DNA of 64,000 nucleotides, from positions 1,860,001 to 1,924,000 of the forward strand of contig JAYWIR010000027.1 in NCBI GenBank assembly GCA_036172245.1, written 5' to 3'. The translations under genes and the position numbers were made by a program. The stretch comes from Raillietiella orientalis. Lineage: Eukaryota. Of the stretch, positions 18,273-30,200 are shown one piece after another (position 1 is the first letter of the stretch; each line of letters begins with the position of its first letter). Under the pieces are notes generated by a model, which saw nothing but the letters and a program-made list of their open reading frames with translations, did not search any database and was not told the DNA's origin.

Positions 18273-21200
18273 TCAAAAGTTCAGCATTTCCTCGTCAGAT
18301 GAGTGATCTGCGCAGAGCAGCTGTGTGGACTCGTTGGGATCGTTGGTATTCACCTAATAAATTATTAAACTGGTTCGTTTGCGTGAGAACTAGCATTCAC
18401 CTTCGTGTAGCGGACATCGAGATAGTTTTGCCAGTCGCAGAACCTGTTGCGTATTCGAGTACACCACTGCTGCCTCTTGCACACGATAGCGGTCAGGAGC
18501 ACGCACGCCAGGAGCGCCATCACAGCAAATGTAACGCCACCTGCCGCAAAAAAAAAAAAAAAAAAAAGGAAAAAAAAAAAAAAAAAACCCACTGAGCCGA
18601 ACGCGAAGATCGGGGGTCCCTACCTGTCATTCCCCTCAGACTAGGGTTAGGTTCCTTTTCGATTGTCGTCAGTGATGGGCACACGAGCGGCGTCTTCCAT
18701 TCAAGGATAACCATGCACGGATATACCTGCAACAGAGTACCAAAGTCTTGCACAAAAAGGAAGCAGCTAACGTGTGGCACCTTCAGAAATACGTGTGTGT
18801 GTGTTTATATGTGTAAGTGCCCCGAAGCGCAAGCTGTACGTTTTTACTTTTTAGGCTTCAAAAAGCGTGGGGTTCGCAGCGAGGACGTTGTTTGCTGCTG
18901 CTCGCGCTCCGCCGCGCGGGATGCTGCAGGTACTGCGCAGAAAGGGAGGAGGGATGGAACGCTCGATCGCGCTTGTGGGGATGGGTGCAATTTCTAAGAA
19001 ACAACCAAAGAAAACGAACTGCACACTCGTAGTGTGTCACCAATGGCCGGCTTCGAGCTACACTTGGTCGCACAGACTCGGTCTTTCCCTCGTGGCGATG
19101 TTTGCAACGAGGTACCCAGGTTGAACGCTCGCGAGGGGACGGGAAAGGCAGACAGATTGCAGCAAGGAGGCTGCGGCGGAAGATCTTCCGTGATTATCGA
19201 TGCTTTCGAAGGGGAACAGGCAGCCGCCGCGCGCAAGCAGAGAGAGCCGGGGAGCGCGCACTGTGCGGCGGAGCTGGCAGACCGCACCTACCGCGGCCTT
19301 TCGCGAAGACGTCTGCCTCAGGCCAAGACGCCTCGTCAACCGATGGGAGTTCACCCTTCATTGCTCTCAGCCGCCGGTGATCTGCCGATCTCGCAACCCG
19401 ACTTACCCACCGCCTTTGACGCTCGCGAATGCATTGCTGTCATCGTTCGACTGATGCACTCTCGGACGTCATCGCCCTCGTTTCGTTCGTCAGTTCCTCT
19501 GAGAGAGGCCAGCTCTAGAGGCTATCGCTGCGCACCCCCAGATGACTGCACGATCCGCATTAGCGGTAAGATCGTGCCGGAGTTCGCCGGAGGCGATCCA
19601 CAAGGTCTTCCTTCCTCCTTTCCCTAATCACAATTCAAAGCTCGTGTTTGCTGCGATGCTCGGGTTCTTCCCCTACAAACGGCCTCCTTCTCCTCCTCCT
19701 CTTTTTTCAAGACGATCCCGTTTCTCCGGCACTCGGGTGCGATCTGGCAGCGCATATTTCGGGCGGACCGAAAAAACTCTGCCCCGACGGGGTCGGTGTC
19801 GCAACTCGGACCATCTCCGTGGACAAATTGCTCCGAGGGCCTCCGATTTATCGCGCTTTTTCTTTCTTGCAACATCGGGACGCTGTCCGATCCCGGATGC
19901 CGTTGCAGACCAGGATGAAGCTGACGTCAAGAAACCACGCAATCCGTTGGCGACCTGCTTGAGATCTCCGCCCACGCTTTTCGAGGCACACAGGGAGAAC
20001 ACAACCGGACCACCATCCAGGCAAGAAAGTCCACGAAGTATCCACTCAGGCGCTGTGGCGGCGCACCAGCCTCGAGCGCTCCCTCTCCCTTTCCCCTTGA
20101 GCATCGTCCTACCGTCAGAAAATAGACCGCAAGCGAACTGCCGTCGATCGCGGTGCGCGGCCTCCTCTCGAAGGGCTCGCGGTCCGTATGATCTGGTCCT
20201 CCCACGTCACAAGCTGAAGAGGAGGGAGAGTGGTTGAGATGCGTGCTCTTTTCTCACCCCCCCTTCCTTTTTATGTATTATTTTCGCGTTCGTTCAGAAA
20301 CAGCTCCAACATGTGTGATGGGCGCGCTGCAGGTACCACTGGATACAAAGAACACAGGCGCATGGTGCCTGCAGGGGGTTGCGGGTCATGTATCGGCTTT
20401 CTCCGTACGGAGAGGGGGGACAGCGGACTACACAGGGTACGAGGGAGAGCAGGGCACATCTTCCTTTCCCCGTTTTTCCCTCTGCCAGTCCTCGACTGCT
20501 TCCCTCCCCTGTTACCTTGCAGTAACTCGGTTTTACTTGCAACCCAAGCAGAGATGCCCTCCCTGACGAACCCGACAATGCAGCAGGGCGAGCTTGCCTT
20601 CCCGAAAGGGAGTCCCCCGAACCCTCTGGACGAAGCTGGGGAGTAGAGACACACTCCTCGGGGACGTGGGGAGTGAATTAGTGACTTTCGCAAGTGGAAG
20701 TCAAGAGGTCAAGCCGACAGAGCCGAGTCGTGACTCTGTGGGAATGGGAATGCTGCTCGCCGCACTCCAGGCACCGTCTCCTTTGCCCCTATGCCTGGAA
20801 GCTCCCCCGCCGTTCGGTTGAAAGAGAGCAAGGGATGCTCCATGAGGGGAACGACATCCTTCCCATCATCCCTTTCGCGCGTGGATAGCTACCAGCCGTT
20901 CTATCTTCCTTATTTTCTCTGCAGAAAGCGTGCCCCACAGGAACACAGAAATGGATCCGCGCAACGAAAGGAGCGATTAGGAAGGGGAGCGCCAAGCACC
21001 CCACGCGAGCTCGCGAGGAGGGGAGCCATGCGGTCCCTTCCCCCCTCTCGTCCCCAGGAAGAAATGGGAGGGCGACTCAAATATTCGCAGAGAAGAAATT
21101 CTGCAAGGCATGCCGCCACCCTCGGCATACACAACCTCTCAAGTTTTCTCCCGCTCGCTGCCTCCCCTTCCAACCATTGCCACTCCCAAACACGCATGTG

Positions 21201-24200
21201 CGATCGGCTGGGCAAGGAAAGCTTGTTGAAGCTCCTTCGCTTTCGTACGACTGATGGCAAAAGAAGAAGAAAAAAAAGAGGGTGCGGGCAAAAACTGTAG
21301 GCGGCAAGGGAGGAAGGAACAGAAAATGTTGTTCTCGTGATATTATCATCACTCACGAAGAAAAGGCTGGTGCCTCGTGCAGTATGCTTCTTTGGGGATG
21401 TGTCGGGAAAACAGAAGTATTCGTGCCGATGACCAAAGTCCGGAGCGCTTCCCTTGCAAGATAACTACACGAATACAGCACAGCACACTGGAGAAATAGA
21501 AGAGGGGTGGCCGATTGGAAAAAGTTCTTCGGGATTCTGTATGGGTTCGCTCCCCTCCGCTGGCACTCGAAACCAACACATGCCTCCTTCAACTTCTGAA
21601 GGCTTCACTTTTCCACAGGGCCACATTTGCTTTCCGATTTACGCGGGAATTCACCATCGTCTAGCCGTACAAGCTACTCGATGCCATCGCAAACGATGGA
21701 ATCGGGCATGCGGGAGGATCCGAGAGCATCCCCGCTTAGGAGAGAGAGCCCTCGACGGACTGGGACGCCTCCTCTCTTCCTCCCCCATCTCTCACGCCTC
21801 ACGAGAGGGGTCTCCGGCGGGGCTCACTGCACCCGCAAAATTTCAGCATGATTTCAGCACTCACGGGTACGCCGTTTCCAAAACCGCCGCACGACGGACT
21901 CGACGCGCAGCCAGAGGCTCCGCAGCATCCACCACTTCCCCGCGGCGGACCAGGCGAGCCGGCGCGGCTACGCGTCGCCTGCTTCCTCCTCCTGCCAACA
22001 ATGCGCTCCAGCCTCCGGATCTTCCGGCGGAACGGGGTGTGACGCAAGCGGGCGCGCGCGCGGGGAGCGCCCGGAGAAACGCGACTTTCGCGGCGCGTGG
22101 TGGGAGAGGATCGATCCCTGCGAAATCACCGAGCATCTCGGCGGCGGATGGGTGGATGCTGGGGGGAAAAGTCTGCTGTTCCCCCCCCCCCCCCCACGGA
22201 GCGCGACGAAAGCACCTGACGGCGGTGCTTCGCCGCGAGGAGTCATCCCGAGGAGTCGATACTTCTTTTCCTGGTTACCATGAAGAAACAGGATGAAAGA
22301 GGGAGGGGGGAGGGGTCGGACGGAAACCGCCAAAATCGTGCACGCGTGCGATCATCCCTGTAGAGCCCGCTGCAAGCGCGATCGGAAAACCTCGGCGCCA
22401 AAGGCGAGCATCCTTGAACGCACGAAGGCAACGGTTGCTCTCTGTACGGCGCAGACTCGGAACGGCACACCCGAGCGCGCTTTTCGAGGGCGCTTTCTTC
22501 GGGAAACGCTTTCTCGCGGCCGTTCTCTCTCTCCTCTCTCCCCCTCTTCTCTCTCTCCTTTTTTGTCGTCCACCATATCTCGTCTGTAGCTACATACATG
22601 CATGCCTTCCAGTCAAAGTGTCAAGGGCGCTTGTCACCGAGAATACGGTTCGTTTGAGGAGTTCGTTTGTGTGTGTTCGCGACGTTTCGCCAGTCTGCCA
22701 GTGTCCGCGTTGCCCCCCTGCAGGATACGCGAAGGCGCGTGCACCCCAGGAGTGTTTTATTCGCGTGGTGTGCGCGCGGCCGCGCGCCGGATCCCATGCT
22801 GGGGAAGGGAACGAACGCACATCTTCCAGGCTGCGCAGGATTCACCCATGGGTCTTTCACGAAGAGGAAACAAAAGGGGCGCGCGAAGAGGAGAGGTGAC
22901 GTGATCACGAAAAAGTAAGTGAGGCTGGGCTGCTCGCCGACGGAATTTCGCGAGTCCTTTCTCTCCTTTTCGGAGCTTGCATCTTCGACGCACGGGCGGT
23001 GGTGCTCTACGGTCCCCCAGGCAGCCGCGACTAAGCGCCGGAAACCGCGCTGTCCATCCCCTCCCCCTCTTTCGGTCAATGCAACAACCGGGCAAAAAAA
23101 CAGCGCCATGTTTGCCTTCGCGCCAGATACGCCGCTCACTGTCATGTGGGAGGGGGGGGACGGGGAGGAGTGACGCAATTTCCATCGAAAGTCTGAAGGG
23201 AGGGCACGTTGATTTTTCTCGGGACGTTAATTTTGAGCAGGCGCGCGCGCCCGCGCCTGCCTTCCCTCTCAGAGGGATGCGAAGGGGGGAGAGGGGAAGA
23301 GGAGCAGACAGAAACAGAGAGCACCAGACATGGCAACGGTTTGCTCGCACAGCCTCTGTTTGAATTAGCTGGCAACACCTTTCTTATTGCTCCGTCGTTA
23401 TAGAAACAACCGGTAGCCAGACGGCGTCGCCAGCCCATCCGCTGCGGTGCGCGTAGCTCTTGGGCTCGAAACACCGAGGCAGCAGCAGCAAGCGGCCTTC
23501 GACTCGTCGTCCGTCGGTCGCCCGCCGTTCGCGTCTCCTCACTTCCGCCCGAGGAAATGGCAAATCGGTTCCTCCGGAGCCAGAACCGTCCCAGGCAGCA
23601 AGCGACCCGAAAGCGGAGCTGCCGCTCGCCTGTTTCGACACGCCAGCGGAAGACAAATTTCGGGTGGCACCAGACGCCCTTAGAAAGTCAACTTTTTCCT
23701 TTCTAAGAGTGGATGCTGTGCGATGGCGACCAAAAAAAGAAAAGAAGAAGAGCAAAAAAAAAAAAAAGGTCGGGGAAAGAAAACTAGGAAACGCAATTGC
23801 AAGACGGCAACCAGTTCCACGTTTCGCAAGAAGCGGACTCGTAAACTCTCTCCTCGCGCCATCCAGAATGGCATCGTTCGCGGTAACGTCCTCGCGCCAT
23901 CTCGCGTGACAGAGCCCCTACCCTTGCTGGCAAAGTCAGCAAAGTGCCGCGGACGATGCTGAGTGACTCAGGCAGCGCAAGGGGAAGGCCCGGAAGTCTT
24001 CTGTTTTCCACTCCGTTTCTCGAAGCGAAGTCTTCCTCCGCAGAACGATGGACCGGTTCGCGGCGGAGGAAGTTGTAACGCTTCATTTGAAAAAAACAAA
24101 AACAAAAAAAGCGGGAAGGTAGCAGCAGCGTTCGGATCACTGAATTTGCCGGAAGCTTCCCGTTGCCAGCCCGCTTACCCTACGGCGGCGAGCTCTTGAG

Positions 24201-27200
24201 GAATTTATCGGCTATTTCCTCGCAAGAACCACGACCACCACTGGACTCTGAAGGGAAGGGAAGGAGGACGGCTCTTTTGGCAAATGCCACTCTTCGAACC
24301 TCGTAGATCCAAACCAAGATCGAAGCAACACGAGTGCGCTCGTGAAGCCGCAGCTCACGGCCCTCCGGATGCGCGAGATCACTTCCCGAAGTTTTTTGTT
24401 CCCTTCTCCGGGGGGGCCGCCCGAGGACGCTCCGTAGCAACTCCCGCTCGCGATCTGCCCGGCGAAAGCGTCGGATGGGGGAGGGAAACACGCTCGACCT
24501 CATGCGACGGGAGAGGATGGACCAAGGGAGCGCGAGGATTCTCCCCCTCCCCTGTCCCAAAGCGAGGGGGGAGGAGGGGGCACACTCACTTCCCCATGTC
24601 TCTTCCTCCACACCCCTTCCTTCTCTTGCTCCGCAGCAAGGAGACCCGCAACGAGACGCATGTAGTGGGCCTTCCGGCAGGATGCTCGCGCGCCCTCCCT
24701 GATCCGCTTTGATTTCAGGCAGGATGCTCGAGAACACGCGAGGAAGGAAAACGCAGGCTGTCCTCCTGCTCCTCCTGTCTTCGCTCCACCTCTTTCACGC
24801 GAGCGACTTCGTTTCCAAGTGCAGCCAGTTCGTCGCCAAGCAGGATCACTGCCAGTGCGATCCCAGCCTGCGTTACGGCGGCTACGAGATTGCGTGCCCC
24901 TCTTTCGTCGCGCCTCGCCTCGCCATAACCTTCGTCCCGGAAAAGGTGCTCCAAGTGCAGTGCCATAGCTTCGACCGCGACCACTACCTGCACCTGAAGC
25001 ACCTCAGGTTTGATGCTGCGCCTGTGGTGAACCTGAAGCTGTGCCCTCTCCCCTCCTTTTCCTTTGAGAGGATCTTCCGCGGGATGGGTCTGGGACCCAC
25101 GAGGAAGCTGACATTCAACTCTTTCAGCAAGGTGGCGCTGACCATCAACCCGGCGTACTTCGAAGGCATGCGCGCGCTCAGCGACCTCCAGATGCAGCAC
25201 AACAACATCTCCGTCTTGCACCCGTTGCCGCTACACAACCTCACTGCCCTCTACCTCAGCGAGAACGAACTGCGCGTGCACGAAAGCATGTTCATGCACT
25301 ACAAGAACCTGCAGATCCTCGAACTGGGCAGCAACCGAATCGCGAATCTGCCCAGGCAAACATTTGAGCCTCTGGGACGGCTGCGTATCCTCAATCTGCA
25401 AAAGAACGTCCTGAAGAGCCTCCACCCGCAGCAGTTCGCCAACCAGGACCAGCTCGAGAGCCTCGACCTCCACGGCAACCGGATTGAGCTCCTGCACGAG
25501 GACACCTTCAGCAAAGCAGGCAGGCTGAGGCAGCTGGACCTGTCCCACAACAGACTGCTGTCGCTGCCGGAAGCCCTGTTCGGGAACAATCGCGAGCTCG
25601 AGTATGTGAGCCTGAGCTTCAACAGGGACATGAGAGAGTTCCCTGAGCACCTGTTCGACAACAACACCGAGCTAAAAGAGCTCTACATCTCGCACTGCGC
25701 CATAGGCAACATCCGCAGGGGTAGCTTCGGCTCGCTCCGCAGCCTGAGAAACCTCAGCATCGCGAGCAACCGGCTGAAGTTCATACCGACCGGTTCGTTC
25801 GGCAGTCTCAAGGAACTGGTCCACCTGGACGCGAGCGAGAACTTCGTGAGGAACCTGGGCGCGATACCGATCTCCGAACTCGAAAACCTGAGGACCCTCG
25901 ACCTTCACGGGAACCTCATAACGATCGTGACGGAGCAAAACTTCCAGCCACTGAGGAAGCTGCGCAGCCTGGATCTCAGCGACAACGCCATCGCCACCAT
26001 AGCTCAGAAAACGTTCGTACAGAACCGCGACCTCAGCTACGTGAGTATGAGTGGCAACCTCATCCAGATGAACGGGGCGCCGCTGTCGACCGCGCCAAGT
26101 TCCCCCTTCGGCGCCTGCGTGAACCTAGAACACCTCGACCTGTCTCGCAACAACCTGACCTACATCAGCGACGACTGGAAGCTGCTCCTCAAACTAAGGG
26201 TTCTCGACCTGAGAACGAACGCCTTCCGGAGTCTGACGGGCTTCGATCTGAACTTTCTTTCGGAAGGACTGGAGGTGTACCTGCAGGACAACAAAATCGA
26301 GACCGTGGATGTTGAGTTCCTACCGAAAAGCGACCTCAAGAGATCGAACAGAAAACAAAACTACATCCACCTGAACAGAAATCCGCTCGTATGCGACTGC
26401 AAGATGCTTTCCTTTGTGAGCTACGTGCACAAACAACACCTATTAAGAGCAAAGTTCACGTTCGACTTGGACATGACTTGTAGTAAGCCGGATTCCGATT
26501 CGACAATAATCTCGATAATATGCGTCAACGTAGCCGACCTTTACTGTCCCATAGAACGCCAGTGTCCGAAATTGTGTTCGTGCAAGCTGAGGGCAACCGA
26601 CGGAGCAATCGTGGTGGACTGCAGGTCCCAGAATCTCACGGCAATCCCCAGCACCATGCCTCTCAACACCTCTGTTCTCATGCTCCACAACAACTCCATC
26701 GAAACCTTGGAGAATCTAGAGATGTACAGCAATCTAAGAGAACTAAACCTCTCGGGGAACAAGGTCAAGGCACTCGAAGTCACGAGCTGGCCGAAATCAT
26801 TAAGAGTTCTGGACCTACAGAGTAACGAATTCGAAGCCTTGGAACAGGGCACCTCCAAAAGCCTGATACACTTCCTACGAAATCCGAGCTCGGTCCTGCT
26901 GCTGGGAGGAAACAAGTGGGCTTGCGACTGCCGTGTTTTCGCGCTGAGGAATTTGGGGCATGCCTACTATGCAAGCATTCTCGACTTGGCCAACGTGACA
27001 TGCGAGAACCACACTGCGGTCATGGAAATGCAAATAGATAGCATGTGCAACGCCACGGCCACATCGAAGATAGTGAACGCGTGTATTGCGTTTGCCGCGA
27101 TACTGATGGCCGTCTCTGGGGTGCTACTTGTCTACAGCAGGCATAGTGACACAATCAAAGTATGGCTACATGCCCACAGAATGCTATGCTGGTCAGCAGC

Positions 27201-30200
27201 TTCCGCAGAGAAGGAACTTGATAGGGACAAGAGATACGACGCGTTCATCAGCTACTCGCACAAAGATGAGGAATTCGTGCTCAGGGAACTGGTCCAGAAG
27301 CTGGAAAACCAGGAGCCCAAATACTCGCTCTGTCTGCATTTCCGTGACTGGCTGCCTGGGGAGTGGATCCCCACACAGATTGCCTGCTCTGTTCAGAGTT
27401 CACGGCGCACCATCATTGTGCTGTCCAAGAACTTCATGGCATCCATTTGGGGACACATGGAATTCCGGTTAGCACACAAGCAAGCACTGCAGGACAGGCA
27501 CAACGGTGTTATTGTGATTGTGTATGGAGAGCTGCCTCCATTTGAAAAGATTGATGCAAGTCTGAGGATGTACCTCAGAACAAACACCTATTTGAAATGG
27601 GGAGACCCATGGTTCTGGGAACGCCTGCGTTATGCCCTTCCCCACAAGGGGAGGTCAGGGAACAAGGGGAAGCAACGAGCAAGCGCAACAGATGGGAGCT
27701 CATGAAGACATAAAATGGCTACTTCTTACCCCAAAGACAGATAGCTGCAACTGATTGTCAGGAAACTGTGAAGGACTGCACACAAAGCGAACTTCTGCAC
27801 TGTAGTGACCACCTGGTAAATGAAGGTGGGGTGGAGATGAGAATGAAAAGAAAAGAAAAGAAAAAAAAAAAAGCCTTCTTCTTTCAAAACTACCAGCTCT
27901 ACAAGACTGTGAGTCCAACCTACCATAATTAGTGCAGGAATCTCCACCTGAAAACATCATGTGCAGCATGCCATCAACATACAACATCTTCCCAAGCTGG
28001 AATGAGCCATATGACTGGATCTGTTGACTGCCGTTGTTGTAAAGTCCACATACTGCTGCACCTGCACAAGAAGCAATCCCATGGCACACATTGATCAGGA
28101 ATGTGTAGTTCTCATGGTTTACCTAGGTGAAAAAAGAAAATGAAAAGAAAAGACTGACCTATGATCCCACCAAAGCAACAACCCAACCTAACCTAACTCA
28201 CCACATGACTTTGCTTGCTGCCACTTAGGGGGGAAAGGTCAAAACGGATCCCCAACTCAGAATCCTGGTAGATACACGTATCAGACACATGCTGGGTTTT
28301 GGATTTTAAATTGCACACCAAACTGGTGTTCCACTCAAACTCATACTGGCAGCTACTGCGATTTTTCAAATGGGGCAGCTGAAACCTAGGTCTGAAGAAG
28401 TCCAGAGAGCACATGTATCTTACCCCCAGTGATCCCTTGGAGCAATGAAATGTGATTTTTGAAGTAATGTTTTCTTTCCCTGATGGACCACAGGCAGAGC
28501 CACCTGAATACAGCAACACCACACTGCCATCCTTCTTTAGGATGGGGTTCATGCTAGGGGAACCGAGGCTCTAGAGCCAGTGTATTTAAATCTCCAGATG
28601 TTTTTAGAGGATGCTCACCAGTGGTTCCGAATACCCTTCTGTGAGACCTACCACTCTGCAAATGGCTGTCTCAGGAGGGCAGTTCAGTTTGGGCTGTGAC
28701 AACAAGGGACCACACACATTCAGAAAGAACTCCTCCGTGGGATAACTTCCATATATGAGATGATAGTTGTGTGTGGTAGCCATCAAAGGAGTGAGGTTGA
28801 TCACATCAGTAGAAGTCTCAACCAAGCAATCAATCTGCTTTCAAAAACCAATAAAAACAAGGGAGCTTCTCCCACATGGCTTGTCTTACCTTTGGTCTTG
28901 GGCACACAAGCTGAGTGTACCAGTAAAACTCAGCTCCACACCTAGCATGCATTTCTCGGACAAATTGTGGTCCTTCCACTTCAGAAGATGGGCACAAGAA
29001 GGTGATGGAAGCACTGCTTTGTCCAGAATTGCAACTACTGCCATTGAGATAGTTGAGGATGGGAAACCCATTTTCCAGTACCACTCTGTTTGTAGCAGTA
29101 CCAATCTTAGTGAATGCATGCATTGAACTGTTTCTCCAGCAAACTCCTGAGACATGGGTTAAGAAACATCTTACCATACAGTAGAGGTGCTACCTACCAG
29201 CCCCTGGACCACAAGGAGAATTGGGGATTTCCTGACAGATATTGAGGATGAACTCCATCTCCCCATGAAACACGGAATAAGAAGAATGAGACAGTTGTAA
29301 AGATGATAGGTTGTACCTAGGTACCTAAGTGTTGGGTATCATTTTCATTGCTCATACCAAGAACCAGTGTCAGAGTCCTGGATGCAACAATCACAAGCCT
29401 TGGAAAAAGGAATCAGGCATGCAGCTGAACTTTCCCAGACAAATAAATGCTGGCAACCAGTGTTGCTTATAAACTGTGGCTCTCCAACCTGCATTGCAAG
29501 CCAAAAACAAAAACGAAAGTTGAGCATAGCTTGTTCACACATTCACTCACCTTTACAGCTTTGTTGCAATGGAATTCAATCAAAGTTTCATGATGCAACT
29601 TGCCTGATTTCAATGTGTCGTCTGAACATAAACTGCCAGTTATGTAATGCAAATACAGCAATCCATTTTTCACAAAAGGTCTTTCAGACAACAGTCCAGT
29701 ACTGATGAATCTGTTTTGGACAGTGAACCGGAATCCTAAGAGAATGACTAACTGACTTTTCATGTGAACTGTTTTCTTTCTGAATAATCTGACAAACTGC
29801 ACTGTTGTGGGTACAATGAATTCCAGGCTGGGGATGTAGTGTGCGGCAGATGTTCAAATAGTACTTGGTTTTATTCCCTAAATCTATCTCATAGTTGGAA
29901 TAGTGGCGCATGAGTGACGAAATATCATAAATTCCTTGGAGTGTGTTTGTTTTACAGGGGAGCCAATTATGTGGAGGGCACACATAATGACTTCTCCAAA
30001 TGAAAGTAGCAGTGCATCTGTAGCTACTAACAAATTCAATCAGAGATTCCAAAAACATGTCACACAAGAAAATAAAAACTGTAGATCTGGGGCTTGGGCA
30101 TAGCATTTCATCACCATTTACATAGGTAAGGGTGCTTGTATTGAATACACCAGGGTATTCACCTGCAAACAATCACTCAGGCAGCACAATCAGGATACTC

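Noticed and set aside
19000..24700. Numerous 150-280 aa ORFs inside the large MPR intron
   Set aside because: No recognisable motifs, no additional MRH exons found, and long ORFs are expected at this GC content; probably Toll upstream or UTR sequence.
27700..27729. Apparent MPR stop (..VRSSHFMSS*) giving a secreted protein overlapping the Toll stop
   Set aside because: This is read-through of a GTAAG donor; the domain is completed by the exon at 18726.
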